Source: Monocercomonoides exilis PA203
Taxonomy: Eukaryota; Protista; Preaxostyla
Reading direction: 5' to 3'
NCBI GenBank assembly: GCA_001643675.2
Contig: LSRY02000014.1
Coordinates: 620,001-684,000 of the forward strand
Length of the DNA stretch: 64,000 nt
In this document: positions 36,515 through 47,100 of the stretch, piece after piece
Position numbering within the stretch: the stretch's first letter is position 1
Layout: the number at the start of each line of letters is the position of its first letter
Made by a program: the position numbers and the translations under genes
The notes under the pieces: generated by a model
Told to the model about the DNA's origin: nothing
Seen by the model: only the letters and a program-made list of their open reading frames with translations
The model's database searches: none

Positions 36515-39500
36515 GGCCAACAAATCTCAACGTTGAATGTTGAATACTTCTGATCATTCCCGCAACAATAATTGTGATACTCTTTCCTTGTCTTGCTTCA
36601 AAACTAGACTTTTTAACTGCTCTCTTCAAGTCAAATGGCACGTGTAATGTGATCTATTTGTGCTTTTGAAATAAATATAGAATCAATGATAATTGAAGAA
36701 TTAAAATTTTATTATATGAAAAAAGAATCAAAAAATGAAAAATGAAAATACAAAAGAAGAAAACATATTTTATTCTTTTCACAAAGTCTGAAATTGAATT
36801 AAAAAAAATATTTCCACTCAAACCATTTATACCGATATGATGCGTTTTCTGATTCAATAAAAAATAATCCCCAATGCAAACAACAATGAATAAACTTCAC
36901 TGCAAGTGCTGGAAAAATAATATTGAAGGTTTAATGTGAAAACTGAAGAAACAACCTCCAAAAAAATGGAAATGTTATGAGTGCTGAAATGAATAAACAA
37001 ATAAAATTTTTGAGTTTAAAAGAAAAATGTGAGATGAAGGAAATAATAATTAAAGACAATCCAAACCGTTGAAGCAAGGTTGTTCGTTCAAAGAAGGCGA
37101 TAACCATAAAATTGGAGGGGAAGCGTCTTTCACGTTCATCGGAAAAACACAATCTTTCAACATTCATTTCATTCAAATTTTCCTTTCCATTCATTATTCT
37201 GCCTTCAATTGTCATTTCCCTGCAATGTTCAATATTTTTTTTGTCTTCTTTTCTGCTTTTGTTTCGCAATTTTCCATTTCCTTTCTTCGACAATAAACAG
37301 TTCATCTGCTTCACGAGCACTCTCATCATCGTTCAATAATTGTTCCTTCACATTTCGACATTTCTGTCTCAGCTTCTGCAAGCTCTGCTCCATCCTTCTC
37401 TTCTGCCTTCAAAACACACGGCCTCTATTCGTTCCAGTTCAAAGTATCTCGAGTGTCTGTTTTGTGGTAAGTTGAAGCATTTTCCTCGTATTTTTTTTAT
37501 GACAGAGAACAGAGCACTTTTCTTTTCGAATCTTCCGCAGAATAACAATTGACAAACAGCTCATAATCGAGATGCAGACAGCAGAGTGATGAAATGAAAG
37601 TGTGCGAGAAAGCTCGCCAAACACAGACAAAGCAGTTTGACACGTTGGATCTCTTCAATGCATCTGCACGAGCCAACTGAAACACACAACAACAATATCA
37701 AACGCCATTGTCATTAATTCTATTTTCATTGGAAGAAAGCAATCATCGTTTGAAATAGACAAACCAAATGCACATAAGAAGTGGGGAATATGGATGTTAA
37801 AAATGATAAAATAAATTCACAAAATCAAGTTAAATACAAACTTCACAATCACCACAGCAAGCTGCCTCTCACAAAAGATATTCAAATTCCAACATTCAAA
37901 ACTCTTTCGTCAATGTTGCAATTGAACGGAAATACTTCTTTGTTGTTGCCTGCTGTTGAATGAGTTCTTGCGTTTTTTTCTGATTTTCGTTCGAATTTCT
38001 TTGAATCTGATCAAAGGTTTCTTTGTTATCTTCCTTTTTCTTTTCTTTTTTCAATTGAAGCATTTGCCCATTTTCAAATGTCCGTTTTCGCCTTGTTTTT
38101 TCTCTTCTTCCTTGTGCGCATTCTTTCAAGAGGCATCCCTTTTGGTGCTCTTCTTCTGTTCAATTTCTCGATAAGCATCATTCGCGAACTTCTTTGAAGG
38201 GAAATGTCGTTTGCCTTCTGGAAAAGAACTCGCCAACGGAACGCGAATCAGAAGAAGATAAATCACTTTCGCCAAAACTGAAAACAAGAGTTTTGTTATT
38301 TCAATCAAAGTTCCGACACTGAATTTCCAAAAGCCCATCTTTAAGCGGGAATACATAAAAAAAAGCAGTTATAGCCTGTGAAAGTCAACGATTCAATGGA
38401 TAAACTAGAAAGAGGATGGAATGAATTAATAAAACAAAAAAACTGCGATAGATCACACTCGAAAATAGGCTGGCAGAAAGCAATCTCACCCACGAAGCTG
38501 TAAGTGCAAGTGCTTAAAAATGGATGCATGCTCAAGATTCTGAGTTTTGAAACTTTGAAGGAGGAATCTTTCAAACGCATTCAAAGATTTCATGAGTATT
38601 TCGTGAAGGCAAGTCACTGCTCTGAGATTGAAGCGAAAACAAATATTCCTTCAAGAAGCTTTATTTGTAGCTATGCAATCCCTTTTATTCGCATCTTCGA
38701 GATCTTCTATTTCCTTGTTTAAGTTTGCACTTTTCAGTTCTTTCGAACACAGCAGATGAACCAAAAGCTTGCTCATTTTTTTTTATCTTGATACATGTTC
38801 CATTTGAGTTTTCTCATGCATTAAAAACAACTCTTTTGGAACTGTTTGTTGCTGGCGCTTGCTTCCATTTCAACGAAAAATCCATAAATACTTGCATTTG
38901 ACTCAATTTGCCTGTTTCGTTCGCTTTTTTCTGGATTTGCGATATTGCTTGCCACAATGATCTTTATAATGTTTTTATTGCTTTAATTTGACACCTTCGC
39001 CAATTTCTGGGGGTAGAAATGAATTTATTTATGAAAGTGATAATGGCATTCTTTCCGCGCATTGTCGATCGCATTAATCCAAATATTGTAAGATAACTGC
39101 ATTGTTAATTCTGTTGTTTCACTTCATATATTCCTTTCTTGCTTTTAACGCAAGAAATTAGCTTTCAAAGATCTGTTGAATATTTTCATTCTGTTATGGG
39201 TCCACAAAAGAATTTCAAAGAAGCAAAGAACATTTTTTTTTTCAATTTCTATGTCAGTTTCTTTTTATAATATTAACACGTCTCTTTCATTATCAATTTT
39301 TTTGTCATTATTTTTTTTTTTTAATTTTCTCGAATCATCTATTAATTTCTTGAGTATCTCTTCACGTCTTGGAAAAACTGAGAAAGAGATTGAGATTTTG
39401 AGATTCTCTGAAACAAAAAAGAACGAGATCAATAATTCGGTTAAATTTTAAGTTTGTAATGAACAGTTGAGTGAACATTGTTTATGAAAAAAACATTTTT

Positions 39501-39621
39501 TTTTAAAAATTTGTAGGAATTATTCAAAAGTCTATATGAAATAATTTTTGATTCACTCGGTTTTTAACGAATCTATGAAAAATGCAATAATAAACGAAGC
39601 TTTGAGATTTCAAAATGAGGC

Positions 39622-39647
39622 TTTTTTTTTTTTTTTTTTTTTTTTTT
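39622..39647 (+). repeat. poly-T tract (26 nt)
   Basis: Direct reading. Confidence 0.95.
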
Positions 39648-40289
39648 GATTAAAAAAGGAAAAATGCATTGATTGTTTATTTTGTTGAGTAATCTCAAAG
39701 TCAGACAAGCAATCTTGTTTTATTTAACATTCTAAAGAGCTCTGATGTGTGATTTCATTTTTTGAAATCATTTTTCTCTGTTATTGAAAGGTTTGTGAAC
39801 TTCTATTATTATTGTGCTGTTTCCAAGGAAATTTTAAAAAATACATTGAACAAAAAGTTAAAAGTTTTTTAATATTTTGCTTTCAATAATATGTGGTTTC
39901 ATTGCATTGAGAATAGCAAACATGGGTGATCAAATTATTAAGAAAACAAGAAAAGATTCTGCAAATGGAGGACTTTTTGAAACATAATGATTTCAAAAAT
40001 TGTCATAAAAATTAATCAGACTAATTTTCAAAAAAAAACATTGAAAGGATGAAGAAATAAAAAAAGTTCAAAAGCATGTTCACATAACAAATTTCAAACG
40101 ACAGAGATAAATGCATTTGCGAAAACGAAATATTTATGAAAATGTTTTTTGCATCACCAAAATATCGTTTTAAACGAAAGGTGTTGAACAATTCATTTTC
40201 AGATACTGAAAAAATAACTTTGTTTTCAAAAGTCATTTTTGAATAAAATTCTTTTAAAATGAAAAAAAAAAACAATAATATATTTGTGA

Positions 40290-40490
40290 TTATTTATGAA
40301 ATCAAACTTTTGTTCGAGTTTTGATCAAACTTTTTATTTTTATAAGATATTCGAAAAAACACATATTCTTTAATATATCGATATAAGATGTTTATATTTT
40401 CCGATATCGTTCAATTTTAAAAAAAAATCTCATTGAGATTTAAAGATTGATCACAACTCGAACGAAAGTTTGATTTCAAAAAGGATCAGC
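40290..40490. mobile_element. ~200-bp MITE-like element (family C); a related end lies at ~60381-60445
   Basis: TGAAATCAAACTTTTGTTCGAGTTTTGATCAA (40297-40328) is inverted against TTGATCACAACTCGAACGAAAGTTTGATTTCA (40447-40478). A similar sequence occurs at 60395-60425. Confidence 0.7.
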
Positions 40491-41333
40491 CATGTATTCA
40501 GATGTTCCATATTTCGCAATTGTCATAAAAGTTCATGTTAGAGAAATAATTTTTATTCAACGATGTGTTTGTTGTGTTTCCACTTTTCTTTATTAATTCA
40601 AAAATACAAGAGATTATTATTCAAACCGAAATTGTTAATAGAAAAAAGTCTGGCTGAAAAAATAAATAATAATATTTTGTCAAAATTTTGTTGACACTCG
40701 AGAAATTTCACTGGAAAGATAACGATTGCAATAAATAAAATTTATCACCATTTTTTTTGAGAGATTTGGTGAGGAAAAACAGAAATTCGATCTATCAATG
40801 ATTTTTTTTTTATAAATTGAAACATATAAATAATTAACAAAAATTTGTTGAATGCATATAAATGAGTTTAAAAAGGTTGCACACTGAAACTTTAATCACA
40901 TCTGTTATTATTCTCCATTTCTTCATTGAAAGGAAAAATTGAAGTTTTAAAAGTCAAATATGGCTTTCAAAAAAAAATAAAAACGTACTTAACCAGAGAA
41001 CATATTGATCCGAAAATATCAAATATTAAAATTTCACGAAATATTGATTATTGAAAACAAAAAAAGAGTATTTTTGAAGAGTACTAAAACGGAGTAAAAC
41101 ATCTGTTACAAAAAAGAGACATTTTTTGATGATAAATATTTTTATCTGTTGAAAGTTAAAAAAGGTTTTGGATTTTTTTTCACTAAAAAAGAGCTTCGAA
41201 AGAAATTATTTCTTCCATTTCTTGAACGTGTTTTTTCTTTTAATTAAAAAAAAAATATAGCAAAGTGGGAATAAAAATAATTATTGTCTATAGTTATGTT
41301 TCATTCATGTCCTTATAGTTTCACTTAAAATAT

Positions 41334-41510
41334 GGGGCAAAAATTTTTCAATTATGAAAAAAACTGAGAATTGTTCCAAACTTTTTCTCCAATCACTTCA
41401 TTATAAATCAACCGAAACAATGCAAATAATTACAAAAAATTCAAAAAACTAAGAAAAACATTTGTAAAAGAAGAATGGAACAAAATTCATAATGTGAAAA
41501 ATTTCGCCCC
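41334..41510. mobile_element. 177-bp MITE (family B), GGGG...CCCC termini, ATAT TSD
   Basis: ATAT|GGGGCAAAAATTTTTCAATTATGAA ... TTCATAATGTGAAAAATTTCGCCCC|ATAT. Confidence 0.8.
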
Positions 41511-41575
41511 ATATTAAGTATCACTGATTGTATTTCCCTTACAAAATTTTACCTCCTTTTCAAAAAACGTTGAAT

Positions 41576-42998
41576 GGCATATGCTTATTATACGGGAATG
41601 TGAATAATTGAAAAAAACCAGGTTAAAACAAATGTTAAACAAATAATAAGGTGATAATAGCAAACGATATTGATCGGAGTTTGTTCTGTGTCCATATTAA
41701 AAATCACAAAGTTTTTGATCAATCCAATAAATTATTCAATATATGGTTTGTGATCTTCAATTTTCTAATTTGATGGCAGCTCCAGAAAGAGAGATATGCT
41801 CGACGAGTGAGTTATTAGACATTTTTCACAACGAAGATTTGACGTGGGATTGGTTTCACATGGTTTTTTTCAAAGGCGAGGTTTTCGTGTGCAAGAAATG
41901 CCGAAGACGGATGACAATCCAAATGAACGATAAAAACTATAGATATTGGAACTGTTTTTACTGCAAAATCAAAAAATCTGTTTTTGATGGGACTGTGTTT
42001 TCAAAAAGCAAAATAGGATTGGGAAAAACTCTAAGAACACTTTTGTTGCAGTGGGTTGGAATTTCTATTAACAAAACTGCAGAATTGATTGGCATTAATC
42101 GCAATACAGTTGCATTTTGGGCTAGCGTTTTAAGGGTAGTGTGCATGAAGATATGGAATTCGAAGCAAATACATATTGGAGGAAAAGGAAAGATCGTCGA
42201 AATCGATGAGGCTGTCTGGCGTCGAAGAAAGAATAGAAGGGGTAGAAGAAAAGAGCAAATTTTGTTGTTTGGCGGAGTGGAAAGGCTTGACGGTGGAAAA
42301 GCAGGGCCTCGATTTATGATGATTGTCCCCAACAGAACAAAAGAAACGCTCCTTCCAATTATTCTTGAATATATAAAGCCTGAAACCATCATCATGAGCG
42401 ATGAGTGGAAGGCATACGAATGCTTAAATACGTATGGATATGAACACAGAACAGTGTGTCACAAAAGGAATTTCGTTGACCCGGTCACAAAAGCATGCAC
42501 AAACACGATCGAAGGTTTATGGGGAACTTTGCGAAAAGCATTTCCACCGTACGGAGTTCGAAAGTCCTCAATTGCAGATCACCTTGCAATGGTTTTGGTC
42601 AAAGCCTCGAAAGAATATAATTTCTTGGAAATTTTGGAATTTGTCAGTGAATACGAGATAGAAAATGAAAAACATGAGCAAGTGGAAAATGATTCAGAAA
42701 ACAGCGAAGAAGAATTGCCAACAATTGATGATATAATCAATAATGAAAACAGCGAAGAAGAAACATCGGGCCTTTCACAAGAAGAAGAAAAAACTTCTGA
42801 TTACGAACCCTAAAATTTTTGAATATTTATTTTGTAATTTTTTCCCATTATGCATTTATTTTTAAAGGTTTTTTCCACCACATCACATACTCATTTCCGA
42901 TAAAAAAGAAATGCATAAATCAATATTATTCAATATTAACAATTGCAATATACAAGAAATTAAGGAATTCCAGCATTCCCGTATTTTCAGCATATACA
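41576..42998 (+). mobile_element. Complete Merlin-superfamily (IS1595/IS1016-like) DNA transposon, ~1.42 kb
   Basis: 25-bp TIRs GGCATATGCTTATTATACGGGAATG (41576-41600) versus the reverse complement of 42974-42998 (20/25 match). Direct repeat CGTTGAAT at 41568-41575 and 42999-43006 (9 bp if the adjacent A is counted). Confidence 0.92.
41743..42813 (+). CDS. ISXO2-like (Merlin) DDE transposase, 356 aa, intronless
   Basis: Zn ribbon CKKC...CFYC and HTH; GGKGKIVEIDE, LFGGVER, VPNRTKETLLPII, IMSDEWKAY, HRTVCH..NFVDP, TNTIEGLW motifs; acidic tail. Confidence 0.95.
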   Translation: MVCDLQFSNLMAAPEREICSTSELLDIFHNEDLTWDWFHMVFFKGEVFVCKKCRRRMTIQMNDKNYRYWNCFYCKIKKSVFDGTVFSKSKIGLGKTLRTLLLQWVGISINKTAELIGINRNTVAFWASVLRVVCMKIWNSKQIHIGGKGKIVEIDEAVWRRRKNRRGRRKEQILLFGGVERLDGGKAGPRFMMIVPNRTKETLLPIILEYIKPETIIMSDEWKAYECLNTYGYEHRTVCHKRNFVDPVTKACTNTIEGLWGTLRKAFPPYGVRKSSIADHLAMVLVKASKEYNFLEILEFVSEYEIENEKHEQVENDSENSEEELPTIDDIINNENSEEETSGLSQEEEKTSDYEP

Positions 42999-43311
42999 CG
43001 TTGAATAATCATTTTTCAGTTTTTCATGAAAAAAATAATAAGAAAAATAAAATTAAAAAGTGATCTTTATGATTAAGAAAATTCTATTTCATTTCTGAAT
43101 AATTTATAATTGTAAATTATTTGACCAATTTCAACTTATAACTTTCAAATAGAAAATCTTTTGAAAATATTTATCGTTTTAATAATATGTTTCATATTAC
43201 ACTTTTATCTATTTATAATATAATATAATATATTGCACATGATTTACTCTTAGAAGGAGATGAATCTCCATTATATTGTGAAGTAAGAAAAATGAAAGAA
43301 ATGAAATATTT

Positions 43312-44003
43312 TTAGAATTTCTCTTCTTTCAAGCCATCACGGAAGAAGTAGAAATATGGAGTAATTCCGTCTTCCTTGTAAAACATAAGAGCAACCATTG
43401 CTTCAGAGTCCATTGATTCGCCAGTGAAAAATTGAAAATCATCGAACCTTGAAAGAACATCCTTAACAAATACTTGAATATCTGCCATAAATCCTGCAAC
43501 ACGATCAGGATTATGTTCTTGAAGGTAGTCTCTGACACGCTTCATGTATGCCTTGATATAAGTCATGTAACTTTTCTTGTCAAAAGGAGTCTCTTCGAGA
43601 TGAAAAGCACTAATGACATTATTCACCATCTTCACATCATCCAATGGTGCTTCTTCCTCTGATCCTTCAGCTGGATTTGCTCCGATATCAAAGGTTTCAC
43701 CTCCTTCTTGAACCATCTAAAATATATTTATATATATAAATTCCTTTAAATACTTAATAAGTATGGATGATAATCGTCAAACCTTTGCTTCAACTTCCAT
43801 CACAACTGAGCTGATCATTTTGTTTGGGAATGCATCGCTGCACAACTCATCTCCAGTAAAGATGTCCTTATAGATAATCTGTTATTAAATGAAAGCAGGT
43901 ATCACAGATCGCGAAATGTGAATAAGTCATATTCATTATTTTTTCGAAAGTTAAACAGCAATATTGAATAAAAATATGCTTTGATTTAAATATGACACAC
44001 CAT
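43312..44003 (-). CDS. TCTP: Translationally controlled tumour protein (167 aa); exons 44003-44001, 43878-43783, 43716-43312
   Basis: Spliced N-terminus MIIYKDIFTGDELCSDAF; DIGANPAEG, FDKKSYMTYIKAYMK, FQFFTGESMD, YFFRDGLKEEKF; two GT-AG introns (122 and 66 bp). Confidence 0.96.
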
Positions 44004-44189
44004 TTCACTTTCTCGTCAACAGAATTCTGATCTTCAACCATTTTTTACCATGGATATTGCATCTGATGAAAAATATTTTTTAAATTGAACGAATTAAAGC
44101 TTAATTAACATATGCTTTGATATCTTTCAAATTGATCAAACAATGTTAAAGAACATTATATAATTATTTATTATTTTTTCTTTTTCACC
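44004..44189. promoter_or_regulatory. Putative bidirectional promoter between divergent TCTP and CEP76-like genes (186 bp between start codons)
   Basis: Head-to-head geometry only; no specific motif identified. Confidence 0.4.
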
Positions 44190-47100
44190 ATGTCTCAAGA
44201 TGAAGAGTTCGAATTAATCGCAATTACTTTTAAATAATTTTTTTATTTATATTTTTATAATTTTTGCTTTTGATTGTAGAGAGAAAAAATCAACAGAAGA
44301 ATCAAGCTCTTCGTCATCTTCTGAACCTTCGGCTTCTTCCACAAACGAACCTGCACCAGAAGAAGAAGAGAAAAAATCCAAAGAAAAGGAAGGAGATTCC
44401 AGTTCAGCAGGAGATACTTCAACCGAAAACAAAAAAGAAGGAAAGGAAAAAGGTGATGGAGATCAAGAAGATGAAGATGAAGAACATGAACAACCTCAGG
44501 AGGAAACTTACCAATTCAAATTTATAATGAAGAATTTAGTAATATATAACCTTAAGCCAGCAGATGTTTTAACAACTGATCCTTATCTTGTTTTTACACT
44601 TGGTGGAAACTTCAAAATTGAAGATAACAGACACAGGTTTGAAGCGAGCTCGTATTAATAAAAACATATATGTGCATTTCATTGATATATTTTATTTAAC
44701 TAACAATATTTGAAAGAGGACTCGGACTTCATACAACAGGAAAGAAAGGACCTGTTTTTCGTACTTCCACCTTAAAGAATGTTGGGCCTCAGCAACGAGG
44801 TTTGAGAGCAATATTAATAATATCAATTTATTGTTCATTATATTGATTTAATTGTTGTTGATAATCACTATATTTAGAGAAATTTCCAGATGTTTGGGTT
44901 GCATATTGGAGAGGGACGTTGGAGGAATTGAAGCAACAACATTTAAAAATCGATGTTTGCACTGTTTCACTTGTTTTTGTTTTCAACTTATAATCAAAAT
45001 TTGTTAAACGCTTTAATTTATTATTTCCACCATGAAATGGATTATTTTTCATACAATTACCAATTTTCTTCACAGGCATGGAATTCAAATTGCATTAAAA
45101 AAAATGGTTACCTTGGAGAAGCCAAGATAAACTTAGAAAAACTGGCAACAGGGCCCGTGCAACAGGAGAAAATTGAGATTCAGATGCATCGGAAAGGCAA
45201 GCACCAGACGACTGGAAAGATAGAATTTGACGGATATTTCCAGCAGCTGCACATTTTCTCCATCCATCTTCACGACTGGCACACACGCGGGTTCGATCTG
45301 GGCGCAAACTGGCGGAAGAAAAAGACGTATGCGCGCGCAGCCTTTATGCAGGGCGGCACGGTGAAGATGAAGAGCGTGAAGAAGGTAAAGTCCGAGCTGT
45401 GCGAGCGGATGAAGGTGCCTGAGTGGGACGACGTGGGCACACTGACGTTTCCCGGCATCCGAAGCGAGTTCGAGAACGAGGACTTGAAGGTGCAGGTGTA
45501 CGAAAAGGGCACTGTTCTCGACGATCTGATGGGCGAGGCCATGTTCCCGCTGCGGGGGCTGCTGGACGTGGGCTATTTTGAGACGCCTCTGGAGCTGAAG
45601 GGCTCGCTGGTGGGGTCAGTGGATGGGTACCTGGACGTGCTGACGCTGCCGAAGTACCACCAGATGACAGACAAGATCGAGCTGAAGCCGTACTACCGCT
45701 ATCTGTGTGTGGAAGTGAAGCAGTGCTTTGATCTGATTGCAGTGGGGTCGACCGGCTATTCGAATGCGTATGTGACTGTTGAGTGGGACGGGTCGAAGCA
45801 GCAGACGCGGGTGGTGATGGAGGACCTGAACCCGATCTTCAACGAATACGTGTTCATTCCTGTGAAGATCAGCGAGCGCAGCCCTGTTGCGCGGATCAAA
45901 GAGGAGCTGCGGAAGAAAGGAGACATCAAAATCAGCGTGTTTGACTCGAACGACAGCGGCAACGACTTCCTCGGGGCGGCTGAGGTGACAATGGCGCAGA
46001 TCACATCAGGGCAGCTGGCGGTGGATGTGTTCGACACGTCGAAGGAAGTACGCACGTTCTCCTGCCAGGAAGGCCTGCTCCTCACATCGGGAGGGAGGAA
46101 GACAGTGAAGAACAGCCGAATTGTGGTGAAGTGCTTCTTCCACCCTGACTTCCCCCGCAAGCTGAAAGCAGACCCGCCTCCGCCTGTCTCGCGGTGCCAT
46201 CTGCCGGACTCGCTGCTGCAGCGGGTGAGAGAGTGGAAGAAAGAGATCCCTGCGCATCTTGTGCTGAACTCGCCATACACCACCATCGCTGTCAACCAGG
46301 ACGGGCAGAACCACCTCATCCCTTGCTTCCTCACCAGAAACATTCCCATCCCGAAGCCTCTGAGACACCCGAGGCTGCTCATGCGGATGGTGCACTCGAT
46401 GACGTTTGCGGGGGACAACGAGTCGATGAGCGGGTTTGGGCTGGGCAATGAAAGAGTATTTATGACACCGAACTTCATGCTGCAGACGCGGAAAGGAGAC
46501 GATGAAGACCATTCGATCCTGCTGTGTTCTCTGCTCCTGTCGATGGGTGTGGATGCGTATCTGTGCCTGGGCTCCTCGAAGAAAGGGAACATGCACGTGT
46601 GGGTGATGACACGAGAGTTCGACGGGACGGTGCTCTTTTGGGAGACGACGGCAGGGATGGCCATCGCAGCCCCTCTCCGCTGGCCGGGTGTGGCTGAGTG
46701 CCCGCCAGATTATGTGCTGTACAGAAACGAGCTGCTGGGCATCAACGCGCCCTCGCACCCGATCATCCAGGAGTGGCGGCAGTGGAAGGAGAAGCAGCTG
46801 GAGGAGAAGATGAAGCGCATCCTGATGAAGAGGAGGAAGAAGAAGAAGAAGCCGAGGCAGGAGCAGTGGGTGGGGCATACTGAGGAGCAGCAAAAGTACA
46901 TCGACCACAAGGGAGATAGAGTTGGGCCGAGGGAAATAGAAATGCAGGAGATGGGAGAAGGAGAAGGAGAAGAGGAAGGTTATTATTCATCAGATGAAGA
47001 TGAGGAGGATGGGGAGGAAGGAGATGATGATATTGAGCTGGATGATGATGCGTTGTATGAGTTGGAGGAGAGAGAGAGGGAGATGAGCGCAAGGGAGACA

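Noticed and set aside
35513-36523. Separate 336-aa gene
   Set aside because: It is exon 1 of receptor B; a 101-bp GT-AG intron joins it in frame
36900-39450. Scattered short ORFs with moderately raised GC upstream of gene B
   Set aside because: Possibly a decayed gene or repeat, but I found no consistent frame, motif or termini
41743-42813. Bacterial IS1595 contamination or chimeric assembly
   Set aside because: The element has a TSD embedded in host-type intergenic DNA next to intron-containing genes, which fits eukaryotic Merlin
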